Positions 7,987 to 16,340 of a DNA stretch of 64,000 bases are shown in pieces. Within the stretch, counting starts at the first letter, position 1; each line of letters opens with the position of its first letter. The notes under the pieces are model-generated. The model saw only the letters and a list, made by a program, of their open reading frames with translations, was not told where the DNA came from and ran no database searches. This DNA is from a virus. Made by a program: the position numbers and the translations under genes. The DNA lies in the IMG/VR virus record IMGVR_UViG_3300030107_002332. One strand, given 5' to 3'.

Positions 7987-7993
7987 TATTTAG
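7987..7993 (-). promoter_or_regulatory. Putative late promoter (CTAAATA) for the aaRS-like/tRNA cassette
   Basis: Directly after the g23 terminator U-tract and 21 nt upstream of the ATG at 7966. Confidence 0.65.
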
Positions 7994-7994
7994 C

Positions 7995-8024
7995 AAAAAA
8001 AAGAGACCCCTCTGGGGTCTCTTT
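7995..8024 (-). terminator. Rho-independent terminator after g23
   Basis: AAAGAGACCCC-AGA-GGGGTCTCTTT followed by a T run on the minus strand. Confidence 0.9.
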
Positions 8025-8043
8025 GAAGTATGTATCCGAAGGA

Positions 8044-9444
8044 TCACATTAGGTTTGCAACCTGTACACGTCTGTAATACTTGTTAGTATTAGCAGTAAG
8101 TGCTCCAGAACCTTGGGTAAGACCTTGTGCGAAGGGGTTAGAAACCATTCCGTAACGAGTCTTGAAGCCAATTTTTGGTTGGAAGGTGTTAGGGTTGATC
8201 GCTCTGACTTGCTGTAGAGGAACGTAAGGACAGTAGAACAGTCCAGCGTCATATGCAGAAGTACCTTTGTAACCAGCAACATAGAAGTGCTTGTCACTAA
8301 CGTTAGCAGAGTATGGGTCAACGTATACCTTGATGCGTCCGTTAAGAGTACCAACAAGAGTTGAAGATGTATCGTCTACACCAGTCAATCCGTTGTTACC
8401 ATTAAGAGCAGGAGCGTAGTCAAGAACGCCAGCCATTCCAAGAGCAGATGCAACGTCTGCAGAGCAAATTAGAATGTTGCCCTTCCCGCGACGAGTTTGC
8501 TGCCCGATAGCGTTAGCATCTCTTTCGATCTGGAACAGAAGTCCTTTGAACTTCTCAACAGACCATCTACCATTACTGTCAACGTCAAGGTCAAATATAC
8601 CTGCGTCAGCAACGTTATTCTGAGCACCTTCTACTGCGTTAACATAGATCGTACGAACGACTTCTCTGTTAATTTCAGCAAGGATCTCAGTTGAGAGGAT
8701 GTTAGCTAACTCTTGCTCGGCATCAAGACCATGAATTGCTTTCAAGTCTTGAGCAAGCTCGATACTGTACTCAGCTTTTAGAGCACGTGACTTAGCAGTA
8801 ACCGTCACCTTCTCGATGGAGAATCCCATCTCTCTGAAGGCTGTGTTTACAGCACTGTCATCTAATGCTTCAGCAGTGGCTGTTGCCATACCTTCAGCAT
8901 CACCAGTCTTCTCGTAAGTACCAGCAGAACTGTCGTTAAGAACAGCAGGGTTAGCACCTTCTGCGTCGTTAACAGCACTTGATGATGCAGTTGGGTCATA
9001 CTTAGCAAGACCTGTTCCTGGACCACCTGAGAAACCTGCGTTAGGCTCGTTGAAGAATGCTTCTCTGAAGTCGGAAGAAGCAGGACTTCTCTCGTCTCCG
9101 TAAGCAGTTCTCATTGCAAAGATAAGTCCTGTTGGACCTGTCATTGGTTGAACGCCAGCAATATCATAGGCGATCAACATAGGCATTGAACGTCTGATTA
9201 GTGAGATCAGTACGGGGTCGAAACCAGCAACTGGACCAGTTGCGGTTGCACCAGCACCATATCCACCTGTGCCTACTGTTTGTAAAGTCTCATTAAGGAT
9301 CTGTCCTTCTTCGACTTGTGCTTTTTCTTGGTTCTCTAAGAGTTGTGCGACTACGCCTTTCTTATAAGAATCTTCTATCTCTGGAAGAGCATCGTGATTC
9401 AGAACGGGTGCCCACTTCTCTTGGAGTTGCTTAATATCAGCCAT
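8044..9444 (-). CDS. g23: Major capsid protein gp23
   Basis: KWAPVL..., FDPVLISLIRRSMP, GVQPMTGPTGLIFAMR, KSRALKAEYSIELAQDLKAIHGLDAE, GLFYCPYVPL, QPKIGFKTRYG. Confidence 0.98.
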   Translation of the reverse strand: MADIKQLQEKWAPVLNHDALPEIEDSYKKGVVAQLLENQEKAQVEEGQILNETLQTVGTGGYGAGATATGPVAGFDPVLISLIRRSMPMLIAYDIAGVQPMTGPTGLIFAMRTAYGDERSPASSDFREAFFNEPNAGFSGGPGTGLAKYDPTASSSAVNDAEGANPAVLNDSSAGTYEKTGDAEGMATATAEALDDSAVNTAFREMGFSIEKVTVTAKSRALKAEYSIELAQDLKAIHGLDAEQELANILSTEILAEINREVVRTIYVNAVEGAQNNVADAGIFDLDVDSNGRWSVEKFKGLLFQIERDANAIGQQTRRGKGNILICSADVASALGMAGVLDYAPALNGNNGLTGVDDTSSTLVGTLNGRIKVYVDPYSANVSDKHFYVAGYKGTSAYDAGLFYCPYVPLQQVRAINPNTFQPKIGFKTRYGMVSNPFAQGLTQGSGALTANTNKYYRRVQVANLM

Positions 9445-9474
9445 TTTTCTCCGTTAAAAGTAGTTGTTTGTTAA

Positions 9475-10560
9475 TTATTTGTCAGACCAGCGAGAGATTG
9501 CCTCTACGTATTTACCCATAGGGCCACTTGCAGTGGTCTCTTCTACCAAAGGTGCAGATGCTTCTTCGGTGGGTTCAACTGCTGATGCAGTCTCGGCCTT
9601 CCTAGTGAAGTATGATTCCTTGATAGTTTCGACTTTACTTGTAAAGTCTTCTTCAGTTTCAAACTCAACACCCTCTGCAAGTTTAACTAGCTTCTCCTTT
9701 TCAGTCTCTGCTAATCCAACTGCAATTTCGTTCACGATTTCCATTTTTCTAAACTCACCAATGCGCTTGTTAAGGTCAACATTAGTGTCGATTTGTTCGT
9801 TGAGCTTCTTCTCCATATCATCTAGCTCTTCAGCCATACCGTCAAGTAGGTTGAATTTTTCTTCGGGAACGCTAAAGTTATGTTCCACAAAGAGTTCTTT
9901 TATACCGTTAAAGAATGACTCAGCCATCTCAGTCTTAATACCGTGCTCAATCTGGAGTTCGTTCTCTTTCATCCATGATTCAGCAGCATAAGATAGATAG
10001 TCATCTACTTTCTCGGCCAATTCTGATTTAACCTTATCGATCTCCTCTGTGAGAGCAGACTCGAAAGATTCTTGCATTACCTTAAGCTCGTCATTAACAC
10101 GAGAGGTAACTGCAGCCTCGAAGATTGTCTTCGCTTTGGATCTGAACTCTTCATTCAGTTCTTCACCAGCGACAAGAGCGTCAACATCTTCAGTAAAGTC
10201 GTATTCGGTTTGAGGGGTCTCTTCTTGGATAACTTCCTCGCTTTCGTTTTGTACGTCATCGAAAATTTTCCCAGATAGAGGTGCGCCAACATTAGCAGTC
10301 GAAGCGTCAGACGGCTTTGTCTTAATAGATTTGTCTCCTTCTACAGAAGTAGATCCAGCTGCTGATGCACCAAGGTTCTTAGTTCCTTTGGCACCTTCGC
10401 TTGACTTACTATCAGATCCACCGATAGCATTAAACTTTCCTTGGGAAGTATCTATTTTTTCTCCTGCTGTTGCGCCCTTTTTGATAGCGGTAACACCAGT
10501 AGCTGCGTCTTCGCTCACTTGCTCCATGTTATCTAGCTCTTTGTTAGAGGTGTCAGACAT
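9475..10560 (-). CDS. g22: Prohead core scaffold protein gp22
   Basis: Acidic coiled-coil; EEFRSKAKTIFEAAV, VDDYLSYAAESWM.EN, AESFFNG.KELF.EH, F..K..TIKESYF; lies between g21 and g23. Confidence 0.92.
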   Translation of the reverse strand: MSDTSNKELDNMEQVSEDAATGVTAIKKGATAGEKIDTSQGKFNAIGGSDSKSSEGAKGTKNLGASAAGSTSVEGDKSIKTKPSDASTANVGAPLSGKIFDDVQNESEEVIQEETPQTEYDFTEDVDALVAGEELNEEFRSKAKTIFEAAVTSRVNDELKVMQESFESALTEEIDKVKSELAEKVDDYLSYAAESWMKENELQIEHGIKTEMAESFFNGIKELFVEHNFSVPEEKFNLLDGMAEELDDMEKKLNEQIDTNVDLNKRIGEFRKMEIVNEIAVGLAETEKEKLVKLAEGVEFETEEDFTSKVETIKESYFTRKAETASAVEPTEEASAPLVEETTASGPMGKYVEAISRWSDK

Positions 10561-10597
10561 TTGTTTTAACTCCGAATACTGTGCTTTTGTCTACGAT

Positions 10598-10605
10598 TAT
10601 TTATA
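10598..10605 (-). promoter_or_regulatory. T4-type late promoter TATAAATA for g22-g23
   Basis: Exact consensus 38 nt upstream of the g22 ATG. Confidence 0.8.
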
Positions 10606-10607
10606 AA

Positions 10608-11252
10608 TTACAAACTTCTCAAAAACTTATTGAACGCGGCAACCTTGCGTTCTTGGATATTTATGAGAGTTGCTTGGTCAATTTCTTGCTTAATTTCCGC
10701 TACAGCAGATTCTTTTAGCAATCCATTATCCCAAATCCATTCCTTTCCTTCCATGATTCCATCAACAAATGCGTCAGGAGCTGAAGGATCTGCTACTATA
10801 TCTGCAGCAGTTGCAAGCATAAAGTCATCTTGAACAACCTGTACTCCCTCTACTTTCTGTAGAGAACCCATACCTCTGGAAGAAACTCCCAACTGTATGC
10901 CTTCATCTAATAGGTTCTTAGCAATGTTGCCCATAGGTGTGTCAAGAATTTTGGCACGTCCTATAAAGTTATTACCTTCTCCTTTTAATGAGAGTATTTT
11001 ATGTGATACACGATCTAAATTAATAGATGGTCCATCTGGATGACCAAGTTCTCCGAGAGCACGACCTTTATTAATAGTGCTTTCTTCATACTTAGCAACC
11101 TCACGTTCTAGAGTTTTGAATGGATACTTGCGACCATTCTTGTTCTCTATCTCTGCCTGAAGAAAGACACCTTCAATAAAGTGTGACCTCTTGCCGTCCT
11201 TTTCCTCAGATAGAAATTTTACTTGAGTAATTTCTTCAGCTATCAGTCTCAT
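10608..11252 (-). CDS. g21: Prohead core protease gp21
   Basis: MRLIAEE...FIEGVFLQAEIENKNGRKYP...ALGELGHP...LDRVSH...GVSSRGMGSL...DIVADPSAPDAFV; start at Met 11252. Confidence 0.96.
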   Translation of the reverse strand: MRLIAEEITQVKFLSEEKDGKRSHFIEGVFLQAEIENKNGRKYPFKTLEREVAKYEESTINKGRALGELGHPDGPSINLDRVSHKILSLKGEGNNFIGRAKILDTPMGNIAKNLLDEGIQLGVSSRGMGSLQKVEGVQVVQDDFMLATAADIVADPSAPDAFVDGIMEGKEWIWDNGLLKESAVAEIKQEIDQATLINIQERKVAAFNKFLRSL

Positions 11253-11631
11253 CGGGTTCCTCCTCTTCGGGTTGTTCTTCGGTGGGTGTCTCAGCAGATG
11301 CTTCAATTTCAGGTTCTTCATCCTCAACGGAACTTGGAGTTCCTGGTGCCTCCTCTTCTGGAGGTGGCTCATGAGGCATTCTTTGAGCAGCAGGTTCAAC
11401 CTTTGGTTCTCCCTCTTCACCATCAGCGACGAGTTTGTCCTCCAGTTCATCAGCAGCAGCTTGAGCAGTTTGATCTAAATCAAAACCCATACGTGCAGCA
11501 AATTCAGCTTTCTTTTGCTGAATCAAATCATATGTAGTCGCAGCTAATGCGTCATTAGTAGCATCAATAGCACGAGATTTCTCGTCACTAAAAATGTGAT
11601 CTACGATTCCATTGGCTATTTCACTTGGCAT
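11236..11631 (-). CDS. Acidic small protein between g20 and g21 (positional analogue of prohead core gp67/68)
   Basis: Very E-rich C-terminus; ATAAATA late-promoter motif upstream; position matches T4 g67/g68. Confidence 0.7.
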   Translation of the reverse strand: MPSEIANGIVDHIFSDEKSRAIDATNDALAATTYDLIQQKKAEFAARMGFDLDQTAQAAADELEDKLVADGEEGEPKVEPAAQRMPHEPPPEEEAPGTPSSVEDEEPEIEASAETPTEEQPEEEEPDETDS

Positions 11632-11649
11632 AATAATCCCACTTTTACT

Positions 11650-11660
11650 TATTTATTTAT
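11650..11660 (-). promoter_or_regulatory. Putative late promoter (tandem ATAAATAAATA)
   Basis: Overlaps the g20 stop, about 19 nt upstream of the ATG at 11631. Confidence 0.6.
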
Positions 11661-13273
11661 TAAATTTCTCCTCTGCGTTGATCTGCGGAGGGCATTGTCC
11701 TTGATTGATCAGGTGTTGGTGCCATTCCTGGTGCCAATTGACCGTTACCACCAAGCATAGGATCTTGCATTGCTTCAAGTTCCGCAGCTGGATCAGCGAT
11801 CAATCCTTCTTCCATCTCTTTCTCAATCTGTTTATCCATCTCTTTGATCTCAGGATCCTGTTGTTTCAAGACCTGACGACGGATATAGTCAATGGAGAAA
11901 TACTTACCAACGTAAGGATCCATAGCATTAACTACGTTTAACCTTTCGTTGCGTATCTCAATCTCCTTGAGTTCAGTGAAGTAGTTATCAGCGATATAAT
12001 CAAACTGAATATGCTCCTTCATATCCTGCCAATCTTCCAAGGTAACAATACCCTTTAAGACTAATTGCGTCTTAAGAAGATCAGAGAATAATTCGGAGAA
12101 ACGTTTACGTAATCTTGCAACAAACTTCTGGAACTTAACTTCATCCCTTGTGATTTCAGCAGCACGACCAATGTTAAATGTAGTCTCTGTCTCTAATCTT
12201 GAGGAAGGAACATTTAATGCTTTGTATAATTTCTTCTGGAAGTACTTGACATCCTCAAGTTCTCCAAGATTTTGTCCACCTGGGAGCGTAGTGATCTCAG
12301 TTCCTCTACCACCTTCCCTTCTTGGTAGCCAGAAGTCCTCAAGCATCGACATGAACTTCTTGTCATCTTTAATTTCTCCTGTATTTGCATCGTATACAAG
12401 TTTATTCCTGTAACGACCCATTACTTCACGGAGGTATTGTTCCGCTTTATTCTTTGGAAGATTACCTACATCAATATAGAAAATTCTTCTTTCTGGTGCT
12501 CTTGATAATCTATAGATTACCAGAGAGTCCTCAATCATTCTTAGCTGATTGACTGCTTTAATTGCTTTATGTAAGTGTGATAATACTAGATTCTTATTAA
12601 GATCTTGTACACCTGAGTGACAATAGCAAATAGAATCAGGTGCAATTTTCATTCCCTGATTAGTACTATTCCTTAAACCCTTAGGATTGTAAAGGAAATA
12701 ATCTGCACTCTTCTGTGTTAACTGAGTGTTTAAATCTTGAGTACGTAACTGTTGAGGATTCTTTGCCTCATACTCAGTTACCTTACGGATCTTTCTTGGA
12801 TCAACATACCGTAGTTCTGTTAATCCTTTTCTTGGTTGCTTTGGATCAATTACTTTATGGAAAAATAATCTACCATCGACATACCAACGACGAAATATTT
12901 CATATGATCTGTTATCAAAATCAAGTAGTCGAAGAATTTCATCGAATTCTTCACGTATTAACTTCTTGATCTTTTCAGATGTTTTTAAGTTTGATAATTC
13001 TACAGAGACAGGAACGTCATCAAAGTTACCACAAATGGTTTCATTAACAACGTCATCAACAGCACTATCACATTCTGGGTTAAGAACCATCTCCCTATAT
13101 CGGGTGATTAGTTCATACTCATTACGTAACTGACCATCAAAATCAACAGAATAACCATAATATCCGCCACCAACAACAGGTTGCGAACCATCTAAGCTAT
13201 CCTTTTGAACAAAAGAAGGTCCCTTAGGAACCTTCTTTGCCCTCTCTAAACTAAATCCAAAGAGCTGCGACAT
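11660..13273 (-). CDS. g20: Portal vertex protein gp20
   Basis: YREMVLNPECDSAVDDVVNE, FRRWYVDGRLFFHK, EDSLVIYRLSRAPERRIFYIDVGNLPK.KAEQYL, EDFWLPRREGGRGTEITTLPGG. Confidence 0.98.
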   Translation of the reverse strand: MSQLFGFSLERAKKVPKGPSFVQKDSLDGSQPVVGGGYYGYSVDFDGQLRNEYELITRYREMVLNPECDSAVDDVVNETICGNFDDVPVSVELSNLKTSEKIKKLIREEFDEILRLLDFDNRSYEIFRRWYVDGRLFFHKVIDPKQPRKGLTELRYVDPRKIRKVTEYEAKNPQQLRTQDLNTQLTQKSADYFLYNPKGLRNSTNQGMKIAPDSICYCHSGVQDLNKNLVLSHLHKAIKAVNQLRMIEDSLVIYRLSRAPERRIFYIDVGNLPKNKAEQYLREVMGRYRNKLVYDANTGEIKDDKKFMSMLEDFWLPRREGGRGTEITTLPGGQNLGELEDVKYFQKKLYKALNVPSSRLETETTFNIGRAAEITRDEVKFQKFVARLRKRFSELFSDLLKTQLVLKGIVTLEDWQDMKEHIQFDYIADNYFTELKEIEIRNERLNVVNAMDPYVGKYFSIDYIRRQVLKQQDPEIKEMDKQIEKEMEEGLIADPAAELEAMQDPMLGGNGQLAPGMAPTPDQSRTMPSADQRRGEI

Positions 13274-13297
13274 TCTATTAAAAAATTGGTCCTGACT

Positions 13298-13304
13298 TAT
13301 TTAG
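13298..13304 (-). promoter_or_regulatory. Putative late promoter (CTAAATA) for g20
   Basis: Intergenic, 25 nt upstream of the g20 ATG. Confidence 0.65.
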
Positions 13305-13324
13305 GTACTTTTTAAAACCCTATT

Positions 13325-13921
13325 TTATGATCCCTTCTCGTTCTTAGGAGGGATAGGAGTCCAGTATTGAGTCTGTAACTCAACAGTGAATTCTTCAATT
13401 GCATCATTATTTCCAAAGTCGAGATCTATTGCAGCAATACTTGATGGGAATACATTATAGAACTTGTATGACTTGATGACCTTATGAGCACCGCTTTCTT
13501 GATCATCTCTTGAAAGTTGATGAACTTCCATGTCTGCAAAGTAACCAGTCTTATCATCTGGTGAATGTAATCCTGATGCAGAAGTAAAGTTCTCATCATA
13601 CGCTTGGATTGCTTGTGCCCATTTTTCAAATGCGCTCCTTATCAAGAACTTAGAATCATTCTGAACTGTAATAGTCCAAGGTTCAAAGGTTCTATCTCCA
13701 GCAATCTTCAGTACCCTTCCTCGGAAAGGAACTTCAATAACACCAATTTGCGAAGCAGGTAGATTCGCTGCACGAATAGTAAACTTTGCTAAGTCTACTA
13801 ATCCACCTGACTGGCTAATAATCTCTCCTGGAAAGTTGATATCTACTTGGAATAGATTAGGGCGAGCAAAGTCCGCATTGACCTTACTCTTAAAGTTATC
13901 AATTGTTCCTCTAACTGCCAT
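13325..13921 (-). CDS. g19: Tail tube protein gp19
   Basis: ARPNLFQV, LPAS.IG.IEVPFRGR.LKIAGDRTFEPWTITV.ND, YKFYNVFP, IEEFTVE. Confidence 0.97.
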   Translation of the reverse strand: MAVRGTIDNFKSKVNADFARPNLFQVDINFPGEIISQSGGLVDLAKFTIRAANLPASQIGVIEVPFRGRVLKIAGDRTFEPWTITVQNDSKFLIRSAFEKWAQAIQAYDENFTSASGLHSPDDKTGYFADMEVHQLSRDDQESGAHKVIKSYKFYNVFPSSIAAIDLDFGNNDAIEEFTVELQTQYWTPIPPKNEKGS

Positions 13922-13949
13922 GATTGTTCCCAGAAATTCCGTGTGATAT

Positions 13950-13956
13950 TATTTAG
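13950..13956 (-). promoter_or_regulatory. Putative late promoter (CTAAATA) for g19
   Basis: Between the g18 terminator and the g19 ATG. Confidence 0.65.
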
Positions 13957-13977
13957 AATAATGAACTTTTTCAGCAT

Positions 13978-14002
13978 AAAAAAGAGACCCCGTAGGGTCT
14001 CT
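13978..14002 (-). terminator. Rho-independent terminator after g18
   Basis: AGAGACCC-TACG-GGGTCTCT followed by TTTTT. Confidence 0.88.
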
Positions 14003-14026
14003 AATCCATCTCGAACTCAGAGTTAT

Positions 14027-16279
14027 TTAGGTTGCTACTTCTGAGAAAGATACACCAGTACGTGTTGCAACAAAGGATAATGTGATGTAGTTAATAGTAC
14101 GTGTTGGTTTCACATATATTTCAGCATAAAACTCACCACGATCAACTGCGTCAGCAGGGTTGTTGTCACCGTCACACTTAACTAAGTAATCAGTTACACC
14201 ACGACGACCTTGAACATCACGGAGATAAGGCTCAACTATGTTGAGGAATAGTGCTCTCTGTGTCTCATCATTCTGCTCGAACAATTGTGCTTTAGCAGCA
14301 CCAGATATAACTCTTTCGATTGTTAGGAACAAACGACGAACGTTAATTCTGTCGAAGGCAGATGCATATCCAAGAGCAGTCTTATCACCGTATAGTACAA
14401 CTCCCTGTCCTGGGAATGAAACTACTGGGTTAACTCTATCAGAGTAAAGTTGATCTCTTTGAGTCTTGTTAGGTGTATAAGCAAGTTTAATTGCATTCCG
14501 TACGATTCCTCTTTGGAAACCTGCAGGTGAGAACCAAGGCTCTGAAGTCTCAGTTGTCTGCAAGCATAGACCAGCAACGTCACCGTTACAAGGAACGTAA
14601 CGATAAACATCATTGTACTTATCGTAGATATACTTGTATCCAGAATCAAATACTGTATAAGAAGAACTTGGTAATTGCTTAAAGAAATTACTAATGTTAT
14701 CTGTAATAGAAGTTGTATTGGTTATACCAATTACATTTGCTCTACGTGGAGAAACGAATGCGATACAGTCACGACGCTCTTCAACAATATTAACTATTGA
14801 AGTGATCTTAGCAATAGCAGCAGCATCATCAGCACCAGAAGGACCAGTCAAAATATAATCGATTGTCTGTGATTCTGGGTCAGATACTAAACCGTATGCT
14901 GTAGATAGATCTCCATTAGTAATTGTGTAATTACCACCTGAAGCAGAATAATCAGCACCACTTCCAAGTCTATAGTAGTAAGTTGCGTTGTTGTCAGAAC
15001 CAACTGTTGTGCGTCCTGCAGGATAATCTTGTGTACCAGAAGCAGAACGTAGTATATTAAACTGACGTGAAGCAGCAGTCAGTCCCCAGTTACCATCTGA
15101 AGGAGTTGAAGTTGCATTAAAGACTGTAGTCTCATGCTCTGCCCAGTAGATATACTCTGAACGTTGCTTAATAACTTCTGGATAGTAGTTAGTCTCACCA
15201 ACAGATGTCTTAGCATCAGATGCTTTAGAGACATTAACAAATCTTTCAAGAACTGCACCAGCAGTACCAGAAATCTTACCATCAACGTCAACTACAAGAA
15301 CGTGTAGTTCGTCACGATATCCACCATTGTTTTGTGCATATAGTGAAGTACCTGGACGTGGAGCAACATTGATCCACTTAACACCAGGAAGATACTCACG
15401 CTCATTATACTCTACACGTACTGCACTAATAGCAACAGCAGCAGAGTTTGTGTCAGTAACGCTGTCAGCAGCAGCGAAATCAATCTTATCCTTATCCTTA
15501 GCGATATATAAACGACGCTCAATACCACCTGTAGCAATATCACAAGTGTTAGTGCCTTGAGTTACGGTCTGACCGTCAGCAATAATACCAGTTACACCAC
15601 CACCAGGAAGTGAAATCTCAAGGAACTTATTACCTGGATCCCATGCTTCAACAGTAACAGATTCATTAGAACCACCAATACTAATTGTAGTAGCAGTACC
15701 AGGAGTGAAGTCTCCAACAATAGTATCAACCGTTAGACGGATTGCATACTTAAATACTTTACCAGCAGCACCTGAAGATGCAGTTAATGCAGCATCAGCA
15801 ACAAACTCATACTCGTTACCTGAACCTGGAGCAGGGATGACAGCAATTTGATCAGCACCAGCATCAGTTACGAATATACCAATTGAATTTCCTTTTGAAC
15901 CAGCAGTTCTAGCAGCCCACTTAAAGTTATTATTTGCACCCTCATATGTTGTCTCGTAATCTTGAAGATTCTTAATCAGAGGAGCAGTACCCGAATCAAC
16001 AGCATTCTTTAGTGCTGCAGATGAAACTCTAATTGTCTTTAGTACTCCACCATATGAAAGAAACTGAGCAGCAGTAAACCAATATTCGTAGTTATTTTCA
16101 TTTGGTTTTCCGAAACGCTCGACCAGTCCTCTTTCGTTAGAGATAGTAACGATTTCCTCGACTGGTCCTAATTCAAACGGTGCAGCAATTACGCCTGTGT
16201 TTGCTGTTGACAGGGTTGTAATAGTGGTCAGGTCTCTCTCCTGTATTACTACACCTGGCGATGATTGATTGGCTGCCAT
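14027..16279 (-). CDS. g18: Tail sheath protein gp18
   Basis: SPGVVIQERDLT, PWFSPAGFQRG, QRDQLYSDRVNPV, FDRINVRRLF, FEQNDETQRALF...YLRDVQGRRG, KPTRTINYITL.FVATRTG. Confidence 0.97.
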   Translation of the reverse strand: MAANQSSPGVVIQERDLTTITTLSTANTGVIAAPFELGPVEEIVTISNERGLVERFGKPNENNYEYWFTAAQFLSYGGVLKTIRVSSAALKNAVDSGTAPLIKNLQDYETTYEGANNNFKWAARTAGSKGNSIGIFVTDAGADQIAVIPAPGSGNEYEFVADAALTASSGAAGKVFKYAIRLTVDTIVGDFTPGTATTISIGGSNESVTVEAWDPGNKFLEISLPGGGVTGIIADGQTVTQGTNTCDIATGGIERRLYIAKDKDKIDFAAADSVTDTNSAAVAISAVRVEYNEREYLPGVKWINVAPRPGTSLYAQNNGGYRDELHVLVVDVDGKISGTAGAVLERFVNVSKASDAKTSVGETNYYPEVIKQRSEYIYWAEHETTVFNATSTPSDGNWGLTAASRQFNILRSASGTQDYPAGRTTVGSDNNATYYYRLGSGADYSASGGNYTITNGDLSTAYGLVSDPESQTIDYILTGPSGADDAAAIAKITSIVNIVEERRDCIAFVSPRRANVIGITNTTSITDNISNFFKQLPSSSYTVFDSGYKYIYDKYNDVYRYVPCNGDVAGLCLQTTETSEPWFSPAGFQRGIVRNAIKLAYTPNKTQRDQLYSDRVNPVVSFPGQGVVLYGDKTALGYASAFDRINVRRLFLTIERVISGAAKAQLFEQNDETQRALFLNIVEPYLRDVQGRRGVTDYLVKCDGDNNPADAVDRGEFYAEIYVKPTRTINYITLSFVATRTGVSFSEVAT

Positions 16280-16321
16280 GATTGTAAAACTCCTAGTATG
16301 CTGTCAGCTTTTGTCTGTGAT

Positions 16322-16329
16322 TATTTATA
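16322..16329 (-). promoter_or_regulatory. T4-type late promoter TATAAATA for g18
   Basis: Exact consensus in the g17-g18 intergenic region. Confidence 0.8.
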
Positions 16330-16340
16330 TTTTTGAATAC

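Noticed and set aside
7967-8047. 27-codon N-terminal extension of the aaRS-like ORF
   Set aside because: It crosses the g23 terminator and the late promoter; Met 7966 is the plausible start
8049-8357. 102-aa alternate-frame ORF in the 3' part of g23
   Set aside because: No RBS or distinctive composition; typical off-frame ORF in a strongly codon-biased gene
9464-10606. Long S-rich plus-strand ORFs opposite g22
   Set aside because: Antisense shadows of an E/A/K-rich coiled-coil gene
11253-11450. 66-codon upstream extension of gp21
   Set aside because: Frameshifted read of the E-rich 131-aa gene (GAA codons give K/R-rich text); the conserved gp21 N-terminus MRLIAEE starts at 11252
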